A stretch of 40,000 nt of DNA from an uncultured Clostridiaceae bacterium (GCA_942490885.1 CALNYT010000002.1:5165024-5205023), one strand, 5' to 3'. Positions 25,571 through 35,726 are shown, counted from the first letter of the stretch. Numbers and translations: made by a program. Notes: a model not told the origin generated them from the sequence alone.

Positions 25571-26893
25571 ATGGCAGGAGGAACATTTGAAAAAGGAGTT
25601 AGTAAAAGAAGACCAGGTTTATATGTGAATTTTGAGTCAGCTGCATTGTCTAGAATTGAATCAGGTGAAAGAGGAACAGTTGTAATCCCAATAATATGTA
25701 GTTGGGGAGAGAGTAAATCTTTTAAGGTAATAGAAAAAGAGAAAGACGTCTTTGAAAACTTTGGGCATAAAGTTATAGAACCAGAGGTTATTTATATTAG
25801 AGAGGCAATGAAACGAGCAAATAAGGTTATTGCCTATAGATTAAATGATGGAGTTAAAGCAACAGCAACTTGGGGTACACCAGAAACAATTGTAACAGCA
25901 GTACATGGCGGTGTAAAAGGAAATAATATTACAATAAAATGCACTGATATAAGTGCTTCAACTAAAAAAACAGTTGAGACATACTTCAATATGAAACTTG
26001 TAGATGAACAGGTTGTTGAAAATATTGAAGAGTTTAAAGAGAATGGATATGTAACTTTTAGTGGAACTGGAGCAATCAGTGCTACTGCAGGAACTACATT
26101 ATCAGGAGGAACTGATACAAAGGCATCTGATAATGATTATTTAGATTTCATGGATCACAGTGAGGTACAAGAATTTGATACTATTGCATTACCTACTGAT
26201 GAGAGTTCATTAAAAACAATATTTACTAACTTTATTAGAAGATTAAGAGATGATGAAGGCAAGAAGGTTGTTGGGGTATTAAGTAGATTTGATTCTGATT
26301 ATGAAGGAATTATAAATGTTACTAACGGTATAATTCTTGAAGATGGAACTGAGTTAAGCGCAGTTGATAGTACTGTATGGGTTGCAGCTGCTGCAGCTGG
26401 TGCAGATATAACTGAATCTTTAACATATTCAAAGTATACAGGTGCAGTTGATGTTAATCCTAGAAAAACACATAGTGAATATAAAGAAGCATTAAAGAAT
26501 GGAGAATTTGTTTTTCAATTTGATGGGGCTGGGGTTAAGGTAGAGCAAGATATAAACTCACTAAAAAGCTTTACCCCTAATAAAGGGAAAATGTTCTCTA
26601 AGAATAGAATAATGAGAACATTAGATGCTATCAATAATGATCTTACAAGAGTATTTAGAGATAGTTATATTGGAAAGTTAGATAATAATGAAGATGGACA
26701 CGCAGTTTTATCATCAGCAGTAGATAATTATTTCTTAAATCTACAGAATGGTGGCGCAATAAAGAACTTTGTTCCTGGTAAGGATTTTGTGATTGATGTA
26801 AATAAATCAGTTGGTGATGAGGTATATGCAGTGGCAAATATACAGCCAGTAGATAGTATGGAAAAAATCTATTTTGAAGTGAAGATTAATTAA
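25571..26893 (+). CDS. Contractile tail sheath protein (XkdK-like)
   Basis: 440 aa. The N-terminal GGTFEKGVSKRRPGLYVNF is typical of PBSX/clostridial sheath proteins. It is followed by a tube gene. Confidence 0.85.
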   Translation: MAGGTFEKGVSKRRPGLYVNFESAALSRIESGERGTVVIPIICSWGESKSFKVIEKEKDVFENFGHKVIEPEVIYIREAMKRANKVIAYRLNDGVKATATWGTPETIVTAVHGGVKGNNITIKCTDISASTKKTVETYFNMKLVDEQVVENIEEFKENGYVTFSGTGAISATAGTTLSGGTDTKASDNDYLDFMDHSEVQEFDTIALPTDESSLKTIFTNFIRRLRDDEGKKVVGVLSRFDSDYEGIINVTNGIILEDGTELSAVDSTVWVAAAAAGADITESLTYSKYTGAVDVNPRKTHSEYKEALKNGEFVFQFDGAGVKVEQDINSLKSFTPNKGKMFSKNRIMRTLDAINNDLTRVFRDSYIGKLDNNEDGHAVLSSAVDNYFLNLQNGGAIKNFVPGKDFVIDVNKSVGDEVYAVANIQPVDSMEKIYFEVKIN

Positions 26894-26904
26894 TATAGGG
26901 AGGA

Positions 26905-27357
26905 ATGGACATGGCATATAGTACAATGAATACAATTTCAGCAAAAGAGGGTAGATATTTCATTGATGGAGAAGAGGTTTTAAATGGTATTAAACTTGAA
27001 TTGACTGTAGAAAAGCAAAAGGTTGAAGTTAAAAGATTAGGGAAGAGAATGATAGGTCATAGAAGTATAGGACTTAAAGCTACAGGAACAATGACAGAAT
27101 ATCATGCTACTTCAAAATTTGCAGAGATGCTTCAAAGATATAAAGATACTGGTGAAGATGTATATTTAAACGGTGTTGCAATATTAGATGATAAGGCATC
27201 AGGAAGAGGAAAAGAGAAGATTGCTCTTGTAGGAATTAATATTGATTCTGCTAAATTAATCAGTTTGGACGCAGAAGGAGAGCTTATTAAAGATGAACTT
27301 GCATTTACAGTGGAAGATTTCTATATTCAAGGAGATGGACTTAAGGAGCAAGTGTAA
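26905..27357 (+). CDS. Tail tube protein (XkdM-like)
   Basis: ~150 aa, immediately after the sheath gene. The likely start is ATG 26911, 8 nt after GGGAGGA. Confidence 0.8.
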   Translation: MDMAYSTMNTISAKEGRYFIDGEEVLNGIKLELTVEKQKVEVKRLGKRMIGHRSIGLKATGTMTEYHATSKFAEMLQRYKDTGEDVYLNGVAILDDKASGRGKEKIALVGINIDSAKLISLDAEGELIKDELAFTVEDFYIQGDGLKEQV

Positions 27358-27396
27358 AGCGCAGAGTAGTTGCATCTATAAATTATAAATAATAGT

Positions 27397-27428
27397 AAGC
27401 TAGCTTATATAAAATAGGCTAGCTTTTT
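27397..27428 (+). terminator. Intra-operon hairpin plus T-run after sheath/tube genes
   Basis: aagctagc-13 nt loop-gctagctt followed by ttt. Confidence 0.5.
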
Positions 27429-27460
27429 AAATTAAGTGAAAGAAGAAAGGAGCTAATAAC

Positions 27461-27880
27461 ATGGATATAAATTTATTTTTAAAAGGCAAAGAGGAGAATC
27501 TACCAGAGATTGAAAGAGTAGTGACTAAGAGGTATATGAATGAAGAAGGGGAGTACATTCCATTCAAATTTAGAGCAATCGCTTCAAAACGTCTAAATGA
27601 AATAAAAAAGGAATGTACATCTGTAATACACACAAAAGGACAGAAGATTGAGAAGTTCAATAATCAGAGATTTATTAATATGGTTGGTATTGAATCCACG
27701 ATATTTCCTAATTTCAAAGATAGTACATTGTTAGAATCTTATGAATGTATAGATCCAAATGATCTTGTACAAGAAATCCTTAAGATGCCAGGTGAATACT
27801 CAGAATGGGTTGAGACTGCATTTAAGATAAATGGATTTGATGATACATTTGAGGAACTGGTGGAAAAGGGAAAAAACTAA
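27461..27880 (+). CDS. Tail assembly chaperone (XkdN-like), zero-frame product
   Basis: 139 aa between the tube and tape measure genes. It ends ...GGA AAA AAC TAA, which contains the slippery heptamer. Confidence 0.75.
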   Translation: MDINLFLKGKEENLPEIERVVTKRYMNEEGEYIPFKFRAIASKRLNEIKKECTSVIHTKGQKIEKFNNQRFINMVGIESTIFPNFKDSTLLESYECIDPNDLVQEILKMPGEYSEWVETAFKINGFDDTFEELVEKGKN

Positions 27881-28050
27881 TAAAGAGCGGTGATTTTTTT
27901 GCAGTCTTTTTTCACCGCTTATTTCAAAAACATCATATATTACCGCAAACTTTCTATGAGATGGATGAATACCATAGAGCGTTGATAATTGCCAGTGAAA
28001 AGATTGCAATCGAGGAAGAGGATAAGGAGATGGCAAGAATGAGGAGGTGA
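27461..28050 (+). CDS. Tail assembly chaperone, predicted -1 frameshift fusion (join 27461..27877, 27877..28050; ~196 aa)
   Basis: Slippery A_AAA_AAC at 27871-27877. The -1 frame is open from the slip site to TGA 28048-28050. A 9-bp stem lies at 27885-27893 pairing with 27912-27920. The extension ends 4 nt before the tape measure start. Confidence 0.6.
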
Positions 28051-28054
28051 AATT

Positions 28055-29647
28055 ATGGCTAAACTAACAAATCTAGTGAACATTTGGAACGATGTAGGCA
28101 CAGCTATTGATTCTGCATCTAAGAGGATACAGGAGTTTGATAATAGGGTTAATGGAATAATGTCAACGGCAAACAATGTCACCATTGCAGTTGATGTGGC
28201 AGGAGAAAGTGCAATTATTAGTGAAATAACATCAGCCTATTCTGAAATAGGGGCGGCAACAGCTTCATTAATAGGGGATGTTGCAGCAAGTGCTAATAAG
28301 ATGTATAAAGCTTTTGAACCAAAGTTAAATAAGATTAAGCATAAGTTCTCAACCACATTTGAACCTTTGGTTACAAAAGTAGAAGATATTACAAGTAAAA
28401 TTGCAGATGCCTTTGAGCCATTGGTATCAAAGGTTGGATCAGTTACAAGTAAAATAGGTACTAAGGTAGCTGAAGCATTAGAGCCACTAAAAACAAAAGC
28501 TGAATCTGTAGTAGAAAGTGTAAATAAGAAACTCAATAGTTTGAAAGAAAAGATAAAGGTGAAATTTGCAGTAGATCAGAATGTGGACTATGCTTCCATG
28601 GATCAGGTTGCAGCCGCAGCAGAGAATATGGGAACATCAGCTGTAGGGGTTATAAAGTCGACTGCTGATGTCAATAAGAATGCATTGGCAACCAGAGGTA
28701 ATTATCTGGCAACAGTTGAGAATGCTGAAGGACTTAGGCAATCTATCGGAGCTACATGGGAAGCCATAACAGCAAATGATGCTTCAGAGGAAGCAATTAT
28801 GAATGCTGTTATAGCAACTAAAGAATCAATAATAGCAACTAAAGAGAGTATAGTGAAAACAATTACTTCAGCTCAAGAAACATGGAACTCAGTTGGGGCA
28901 ATGAAGCAATCAATAGGAACAGCATGGGAATCAGTAAAAGCATTTAAGAATGTGGCAGCATCAACAAAAGCTGCAGCTATAGCTCAGAAAATATTCAATT
29001 TCATTATGAACTTAAATCCAATAATTCTTATAGTTACAGCGGTTATGCTCTTGGTAGGTGCTCTTATTTATCTATATACTCATAGTGAGACTGCTAGAAA
29101 GATTATGGATAAACTGTGGAGTGGAATGAAAAAAGGGGCTGAGGTCGCAATAAACGGAGTTATAAAGGTCATTAATTTCTTTATAAGGGCTTTAAATAAA
29201 ATAAAGTTACCTGATTGGCTTGGAGGTGGAGGATTTGACATCAAGGAGATAAACGAGGTCAAATTTACAGATCCAGAAAAGGAAAAGAAGATGATAGATA
29301 AGGCATCAGGAGCAAAGGAAGAGGAATATGTATCAAAGATTAAGGAACCACCTTCAATAGGAATTCAAGAAGAGACACCTAATATTAATAACAGTTTGGA
29401 AATGAGTAATTTGGATATGACATCTGCTAGTAACCTATCACCAACAGAAACAGATAATATGATGCAATCAACTTCATCAGTAAAAAATTACGACAACAGC
29501 AGTAGTAATAATTATGAAATCCAAAGTCTAATTGGACAAGTAAATGTTACTAAAGAAGCTGATGAGGATAGATTAATTACTAAGTTAGAAGATATGCTTA
29601 AGAGTGAACTGGATACAGGAGGTGCTTATGCTTATGCAGGAGTATAA
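28055..29647 (+). CDS. Tail tape measure protein (XkdO-like)
   Basis: 530 aa, alpha-helical and Ala-rich with internal repeats. One TM-like segment (PIILIVTAVMLLVGALIYLY). Position follows the chaperone. Confidence 0.8.
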   Translation: MAKLTNLVNIWNDVGTAIDSASKRIQEFDNRVNGIMSTANNVTIAVDVAGESAIISEITSAYSEIGAATASLIGDVAASANKMYKAFEPKLNKIKHKFSTTFEPLVTKVEDITSKIADAFEPLVSKVGSVTSKIGTKVAEALEPLKTKAESVVESVNKKLNSLKEKIKVKFAVDQNVDYASMDQVAAAAENMGTSAVGVIKSTADVNKNALATRGNYLATVENAEGLRQSIGATWEAITANDASEEAIMNAVIATKESIIATKESIVKTITSAQETWNSVGAMKQSIGTAWESVKAFKNVAASTKAAAIAQKIFNFIMNLNPIILIVTAVMLLVGALIYLYTHSETARKIMDKLWSGMKKGAEVAINGVIKVINFFIRALNKIKLPDWLGGGGFDIKEINEVKFTDPEKEKKMIDKASGAKEEEYVSKIKEPPSIGIQEETPNINNSLEMSNLDMTSASNLSPTETDNMMQSTSSVKNYDNSSSNNYEIQSLIGQVNVTKEADEDRLITKLEDMLKSELDTGGAYAYAGV

Positions 29648-30263
29648 TGAGAAATTTAATTATGAAATATGGATAAAGTCCTTGGATAGAAGAAGGAAGT
29701 ATAGGTTACCGGTAAATCCAGAAAAAATTGATATTACATCCAAGTCAAGGAATAAGAAAATAGACTTGATGTCTGTTGGAGAAGCAACACTTTTAAATAA
29801 GAAAGGTCTTATAGAAATAAAACTATCATCAATATTACCTAAAAGGTATGGCCCTTATTGTGAGTATACTGATATACCTAATCCATGGGAGGTTGTTGAG
29901 TTTATTGAAGAGAACAGAGGGGTATTACCTTTATGGTTTGTGATAACAAATACATCAATAAATATGTTGGTCACTGTGGAGAATTTATCTTTCAAAGAGA
30001 AAAGTGGAGATGTTGGAACATTACATTATGATATGACAGTTAAAGAGTTTAGGAATCTTTCTCTTCCAGGAAGTAAAGGGATTGTATTGAATGGTCCAAT
30101 GAGTAAGAACAATAAAGAAAGAGAATACAAAATTAAAGCAGGGGATTACCTAAAAAAGATTGCTAGGGATTTAGGGATTGATGATTGGACAAAAATTGCT
30201 GAGATCAATAATATTAAAGCACCATACACCATATATACAGGGGAGGTTTTAAGATTACCATGA
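29628..30263 (+). CDS. LysM-domain tail protein (XkdP-like)
   Basis: C-terminal LysM YKIKAGDYLKKIARDLGIDDWTKIAEINNIKAPYTIYTGEVLRLP. The ORF track start is 29604; ATG 29628 or 29634 follows GGAGGTG. Confidence 0.75.
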   Translation: MLMQEYNEKFNYEIWIKSLDRRRKYRLPVNPEKIDITSKSRNKKIDLMSVGEATLLNKKGLIEIKLSSILPKRYGPYCEYTDIPNPWEVVEFIEENRGVLPLWFVITNTSINMLVTVENLSFKEKSGDVGTLHYDMTVKEFRNLSLPGSKGIVLNGPMSKNNKEREYKIKAGDYLKKIARDLGIDDWTKIAEINNIKAPYTIYTGEVLRLP

Positions 30264-31228
30264 TAAGTGTATTTTGTGGTAGGGGAGAGAAAACCTATGA
30301 TATTAGCAATGTAATAAAAAATGTATCCGTAAAAGGAGAGATATCAAAGGCGTGCAGAGAGCTGACTTTAGATATCTCTGGTGAAATTACAGGGTTGCCA
30401 TATTTAAAAGAAGGAGCTTGCATTCTATTTAAAGTTGAAGATAAAGAAGTTTTTCAGGGATTTGTCTTTTCAGTTGGAAACAGTAAAGGAGAAGACCTAA
30501 AGGTAAAATGTTATGACATGGGAATATATCTAAAAAAGAATAAACAGACTTACAAATTCAATAACAAAAAAGCATCAGATATTATCAAAATCATATGCAC
30601 AGATTTCAGTATTCCTATGGGAGAGGTTGATGATAGTGGGTTTAATATAAAAACCTTAATACTAGAGAATAAAACTTTGTTTGATAGTATTAAGAGTGCC
30701 ATTGAGATGACCTTTAAGCAGACTGGTAAGAAATATAGACTATTCTCTAGAATGGGAAAAATATTTTTTAAAGAGATTGATACTCCTAAGCAAGCAATAA
30801 TAATTGAAGAAGGAGCAAACCTTATAAGTATTGATTACACAACTTCAATTGATGATTTAAAGAATAGAGTGAAGTTAGTGAAAGAAGTTTCTAAGGATAA
30901 TGATGATGATGTGAAATCAGATAATAAGGAATTACAAGAGCAGTTTGGGGTTCTTCAGTACTTTGAAAAGGTTAAGGAGAATGTTAATAAAGCGCAGATG
31001 AATGAGCGAGCAGATAAACTATTGAAGGAAAAAAGCAAGAAGAAAGAAGAAGTGAGGTTAAAAGCATTAGGTAATATAGAGGTATCCAGTGGGGAGATTA
31101 TATTTATATCCTCTCCAGCTATAGATACAGAAGGATATTTTAAGGTAGTACAAGATGACCATACATTTAATAATGGAGAGCATATGATGTCACTTAAGGT
31201 TGAGAGGAGTGATATTAATGATGATTGA
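30260..31228 (+). CDS. Baseplate hub / tail protein (XkdQ-like)
   Basis: 322 aa with an ATGA overlap to the LysM gene. Assigned by position and size in the PBSX-type order. Confidence 0.65.
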   Translation: MISVFCGRGEKTYDISNVIKNVSVKGEISKACRELTLDISGEITGLPYLKEGACILFKVEDKEVFQGFVFSVGNSKGEDLKVKCYDMGIYLKKNKQTYKFNNKKASDIIKIICTDFSIPMGEVDDSGFNIKTLILENKTLFDSIKSAIEMTFKQTGKKYRLFSRMGKIFFKEIDTPKQAIIIEEGANLISIDYTTSIDDLKNRVKLVKEVSKDNDDDVKSDNKELQEQFGVLQYFEKVKENVNKAQMNERADKLLKEKSKKKEEVRLKALGNIEVSSGEIIFISSPAIDTEGYFKVVQDDHTFNNGEHMMSLKVERSDINDD

Positions 31229-31529
31229 TATTATAAAAGAAGCAGCCATTGAAGCTGTAGAAGGTATGAATCCTATGAAATTATATATTGGAACAGTTAC
31301 TAGCTGTTTACCAGATATAAGAATAGCTTTAAATAATAACAATAAAATTGTTTTAGATAGAGAAGATCTTTTTATACCTAAGAGGATTACAGAATTAAAA
31401 GGCAAAGTAAGGATTAACGATACAGATAAAAGTGTGGAAGTTCAGGTAGCACCTAAAGTTGGAGATAAGGTAGCGGTTATGCGAATACAAGGAGGTCAGC
31501 AATATTTTCTTATGGATATTGTTGAGTAA
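31218..31529 (+). CDS. Baseplate spike/plug protein (XkdR-like, DUF2577-type)
   Basis: ~103 aa, with the ATG 8 nt after GAGAGGAG. Assigned by position. Confidence 0.6.
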   Translation: MMIDIIKEAAIEAVEGMNPMKLYIGTVTSCLPDIRIALNNNNKIVLDREDLFIPKRITELKGKVRINDTDKSVEVQVAPKVGDKVAVMRIQGGQQYFLMDIVE

Positions 31530-31554
31530 AGATAAGAGCAATTGGAGGGGTGAG

Positions 31555-31962
31555 ATGAATATAATACCCAACATGAATATTAAAAGTGATACTGAATATG
31601 AAAGTATCTATAGAAAGACATATGGAATAGACTTTGAAAAGGGAAGAATAAGTGGGGTTGTTCAGGGAAAAGAAGCTGTAAAACAGTATATTCATAAGGT
31701 TATTAAGACAAATAAAGGTGCTTATGATATATATACTGACTACGGAAGTGACCTTGAGGAATTGATAGGTGATTCACCCACTGAAAATTTATTGATCAGT
31801 GATGTTAAGAGAGAGATAAAAGATACTTTAATAAAAAATAAAGATATTAATAAGGTGTATGATTTTAAATTCTTCTTTCTAGAGGATAATAGAGAATCTT
31901 TGATGGTAAAATTCAAGGTTGATACTGTATTTGGAGAGATTAATGTAAAGGAGGTGTTGTAA
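31555..31962 (+). CDS. Baseplate wedge protein (XkdS-like, gp25/W-type)
   Basis: ~135 aa, with an ATG after GGAGGGG. Assigned by position before the baseplate J gene. Confidence 0.6.
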   Translation: MNIIPNMNIKSDTEYESIYRKTYGIDFEKGRISGVVQGKEAVKQYIHKVIKTNKGAYDIYTDYGSDLEELIGDSPTENLLISDVKREIKDTLIKNKDINKVYDFKFFFLEDNRESLMVKFKVDTVFGEINVKEVL

Positions 31963-32984
31963 TGTTCAGCAAATCATTTGATGATATTATGGATGAAATG
32001 AAATTAAATGTGCCAACAGGAATGGATGGAAGAGAAGGATCTATATTGTATGATGCCCTAGCACCAATAGCTTTAGCTCTTGAAAAGGCATATATGGATA
32101 TGGATAGCATTATAGAATTAGCTTTTGCTGAAACTAGTAATGGTGAATATTTAGGTATGAGGGCAGAGGAATTTGGTGTATCAAGAAAGGAAGCTCAACG
32201 ATCAATAATTCAGGGACAGTTTAATTTGGAAGTACCAATAGACAGTAAGTTTTATGTAGAGGGATTATCTTTTACAGTATTTGAAAGTGGAAAACTTATA
32301 TGTGATACTTCAGGGAAGATTTCAAATATTGAAGGGAAGGAGCTTATCCCTGTAAACAATATTGAAGGTTTAACTACTGCATCTGTAACAAAAATAATAT
32401 TCTCAGGAGAGGATGAAGAAAGTGATGAAGAGCTATTAAAGCGGCTGCATCATAAAGTAAGAAACCCTGTAACGAGCGGGAATATTGGTCACTATAAGTT
32501 ATGGGCTAATTCTGTTAATGGTGTGGGTGATTGTAGGATAATTCCCAAATATGATGGTGTTGGAACAGTGAAGGTTATAGTGATAGATAATAATAAGCAA
32601 CCTCCAGCAGACTGTGTTGTTAAGAATGTGAATGATTATATTGATAAAGTTAGACCAATTGGTGTTGATGTTGCAGTTGTGAAAGCAAAAGGGGTTAGTA
32701 TTGATGTTCAATGTACTTTGAAGGTTAGTGAAGGAGCAAATGTAGAGGATATTAAATCAAGAATTATTGATAATATTGAAGAGTATTTAAGGAGTATAGC
32801 TTTTAAGGTGAATGAGGTTAGATATTCTAGAATATTGAATAATATATTTCAAGTTGAAGATGTGGAAGACTGCATCAATCTTGTAATAAGCAGTGATGAT
32901 ACTACACAGAAAGATAATAATAATATTATATTAAATACTGATGAAGTTGCAGTTATTGGGCAGGTGATATTCCATGAATCTTAA
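31962..32984 (+). CDS. Baseplate J-like protein (XkdT-like)
   Basis: 340 aa with a Baseplate_J-like N-terminus (REGSILYDALAPIALAL...). Translationally coupled to its neighbours. Confidence 0.75.
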   Translation: MFSKSFDDIMDEMKLNVPTGMDGREGSILYDALAPIALALEKAYMDMDSIIELAFAETSNGEYLGMRAEEFGVSRKEAQRSIIQGQFNLEVPIDSKFYVEGLSFTVFESGKLICDTSGKISNIEGKELIPVNNIEGLTTASVTKIIFSGEDEESDEELLKRLHHKVRNPVTSGNIGHYKLWANSVNGVGDCRIIPKYDGVGTVKVIVIDNNKQPPADCVVKNVNDYIDKVRPIGVDVAVVKAKGVSIDVQCTLKVSEGANVEDIKSRIIDNIEEYLRSIAFKVNEVRYSRILNNIFQVEDVEDCINLVISSDDTTQKDNNNIILNTDEVAVIGQVIFHES

Positions 32985-33495
32985 GGATATGGCACCTCCT
33001 TTTTTATACGAAATTTCTGAGATAAAAGAGATATATGATAAATCTCAGTTTGCTTATAACAACTTGACTAATGCTATTGAAGATTTAAATAATCAATGTT
33101 TCGTTAAAAAGAGTACTAAAGGAAAAGGTCTTGATGAATGGGAAAAGTTCTTGGATATTTATGAGAATAAAAAAGAAGGTGAACAGTTCAGACGAGAGGC
33201 TATAGTTGCAAAAATACAGGGGAATGGAGCGATAACTAAAGCAAAGCTCAAGGAGATAGCAGGTAACTTCTCAGGTGGAACTATAGATATAATTGAGGTG
33301 CCTAGGGAAGGTAAATTCATAATTAAATTCATTGATAAGGATGGAATACCAGAAAATATAAATGGATTTAAAAGTCTGATTGATAGCTTAATCCCAGCCC
33401 ATCTTGATTATGAAATACAGTATAAGTATCTTATATGGGGTATAGTAGAGGACAAAACATGGCAAGATGTAGAGAATGTTCTTTGGGGAACTTAA
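32974..33495 (+). CDS. Baseplate/tail-fibre adaptor (XkdU-like, DUF2313-type)
   Basis: 173 aa overlapping the J-like gene. Assigned by position before the fibre gene. Confidence 0.6.
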   Translation: MNLKDMAPPFLYEISEIKEIYDKSQFAYNNLTNAIEDLNNQCFVKKSTKGKGLDEWEKFLDIYENKKEGEQFRREAIVAKIQGNGAITKAKLKEIAGNFSGGTIDIIEVPREGKFIIKFIDKDGIPENINGFKSLIDSLIPAHLDYEIQYKYLIWGIVEDKTWQDVENVLWGT

Positions 33496-33551
33496 AGGAT
33501 GAGATTTAAAATAGAAGAAATTGAACAAAAAAGTAATAATGGAGGTGTTTT

Positions 33552-35603
33552 ATGAAAAATACAACACATTACAATTTAAAAAAGCCTGATAGAACTGATG
33601 TTATAAAGATAGATGATCTAAATTATAACGTAGATGTTATTGATGGTGAGTTAAATAAAAGAGCTCTTAAAACTGACATTCCATCCGAATTACCTGCGGA
33701 TGGAGGTAATGCAGATACAATTGGAGGAAAAAGTCCATCTGATTTTGCAACAATTCAGCAAGGCATGAAGGCAGATACAGCACTTCAATCCGATAAGCTA
33801 GGAAAATCAGGGGGAGCAGCTAAACATGATCAGCTTATCTCAGATTATTATAAGAAGAATGAAGTAGATGGGAAAATATCTGCTGAGGTGAATAGGGTTG
33901 ATGCACAAATGGCTGAAATTATGTCGCAACAGTTTGATACTAAAACTTACAAAGAGAGTTTTAATAAACTTGAAAATTGTGAGGGTGGGAGTTTAGCTGT
34001 TGAGAAGATTAAAGGTAGAACTTTAGCACCATTAGTAATCTTAAATAATGCAACGGACTGGTGGGGATGGTTCAGTTCTACTCTTATAGAAGATAGTACA
34101 GACATGTTTATGGGACTTCCTAGTATAAAATCTACTATAGCAAATGGTGGTTGTGCTGTGGGTGCATATCAAAATATAAAGAATTACATTACTGTGGGTA
34201 AAAGTTATTTCTCTAGTATCTATGTAAAGAAGAGTAACTTAGATTTCACTGTCCAACTTCGTGTTAGAATTATATATAATGATGGCACAACAGAAGATTG
34301 GAATTATTCTGAAACGCACAGTTTAACTGATAATTTCTATAGGCTAGGCGTTAAGTTTAAAGCAACAAAGACAGTTCAGGATATTTACATTTATGTTCAA
34401 AATAGTTCTACGGCCGTTGCTGATATGTCATTTAAACTTGTTGCTTACTCATTATATGAAATCCCTATTGAAGATTATATTTTATCTGAACAAGAACTCT
34501 TAGAAAAATATCCTTATGTTAGCGATATCCAGGGGAGCTTGATACGCAATATAAAGACATTGGGTAAAAACTTATTTAATAAAAATTCAAATTATAAACA
34601 GTATAATAATACATCACTTGATATTACAAGTACAGGATTTATATTAAAAACAACCTCTAAGAATATTGGTGCAGGTATAATTGATATGCAAATAAAAGTT
34701 AGGAAAAACACGCAGTACTCTCTCAGCTCTACTTCAATATTTATAAGTGGTCAAGAAGATTCTTATACTGGTAGAATTGAAATCTCTGATTATCCTATAA
34801 AAAAAATTATTGGTTATATTCCTAAAGAAAATAATCATACATATTTTAACAGTGGCAATAATAGCATAATCAATATTAGATTCTTAACAAGAGGAAACAA
34901 TTCCAATCTAAATAAAGTTGAATTTAAAAATATTCAATTTATAGAAGGTTCTATAGCACCAACAGGATACACACCATATGAAGAACACTCAGAAGATATT
35001 GGAGTAGAACTACATGGAATTAACGGAATTCATGACGAGATAGTGAACAATACAGTTATATTCCGTAATAAGGAAACTCTGCTAAATGGCTCTGAGACAT
35101 GGGAAATGACTGGCTATACAACTACAAATACAAATGCATTTAGAATTAACAAAGATGATATCGCAAACATTAATATTTTATGTGATAAATTTATTGTTGA
35201 GCCCAATTGGACTGATTTTAAAAATCAAGATAAAGAATGTATTTTATTTGCAAATTCTAACAATAAACTATACATTAGGATTAATAAAAATAAAGCAACA
35301 GATTTAGCAACATTTAAAACGTGGTTATCTACAAATAATACTAAGGTTGTTTATAACACAAAAGAAGAATTTTATACAGTTGAAGTCCTTGAGGATTTTA
35401 ATAATAACTTGAAAGCCTTTAAAGATGGACATATGATAGTTGAATATGAAGGTATGTGTCCTGAAATAACTGCAACATACGCTATTAATATAGCCGCAGT
35501 TAGAGAAAGTATGGCAGATATGACTAAGACTAATGCTGACCAGATTAATAATATTTGGGATGCATTATTTTTAATTACAAAAGAAATACAAGCATTAAAA
35601 TAA
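33552..35603 (+). CDS. Tail fibre / receptor-binding protein
   Basis: 683 aa. The N-terminus has the conserved fibre anchor THYNLKKPDRTDVIKIDDLNYNVDVID. The N/S/T-rich beta-type body is typical of receptor-binding proteins. Confidence 0.8.
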   Translation: MKNTTHYNLKKPDRTDVIKIDDLNYNVDVIDGELNKRALKTDIPSELPADGGNADTIGGKSPSDFATIQQGMKADTALQSDKLGKSGGAAKHDQLISDYYKKNEVDGKISAEVNRVDAQMAEIMSQQFDTKTYKESFNKLENCEGGSLAVEKIKGRTLAPLVILNNATDWWGWFSSTLIEDSTDMFMGLPSIKSTIANGGCAVGAYQNIKNYITVGKSYFSSIYVKKSNLDFTVQLRVRIIYNDGTTEDWNYSETHSLTDNFYRLGVKFKATKTVQDIYIYVQNSSTAVADMSFKLVAYSLYEIPIEDYILSEQELLEKYPYVSDIQGSLIRNIKTLGKNLFNKNSNYKQYNNTSLDITSTGFILKTTSKNIGAGIIDMQIKVRKNTQYSLSSTSIFISGQEDSYTGRIEISDYPIKKIIGYIPKENNHTYFNSGNNSIINIRFLTRGNNSNLNKVEFKNIQFIEGSIAPTGYTPYEEHSEDIGVELHGINGIHDEIVNNTVIFRNKETLLNGSETWEMTGYTTTNTNAFRINKDDIANINILCDKFIVEPNWTDFKNQDKECILFANSNNKLYIRINKNKATDLATFKTWLSTNNTKVVYNTKEEFYTVEVLEDFNNNLKAFKDGHMIVEYEGMCPEITATYAINIAAVRESMADMTKTNADQINNIWDALFLITKEIQALK

Positions 35604-35621
35604 TTAAAGAGGTGATTATAT

Positions 35622-35726
35622 ATGAATAGAAAATTTGAAACACTTGAAGATCTTGAAGCTTTTTTATTAGAGAAGGGAGTCGGTGGAATCACAGAAGTAC
35701 TGACAAAAGAAGTAAGGCAAACATAA
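35622..35726 (+). pseudogene. Disrupted copy of the small coiled-coil gene that follows the fibre gene
   Basis: MNRKFETLEDLEAFLLEKGVGGITEVL... matches the first ~27 aa of ORF 36969..37169 and stops at 35724. A coiled-coil continuation (KEENKKLTEENLSLKLALAEQAE...) lies in the +1 frame. Confidence 0.6.
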
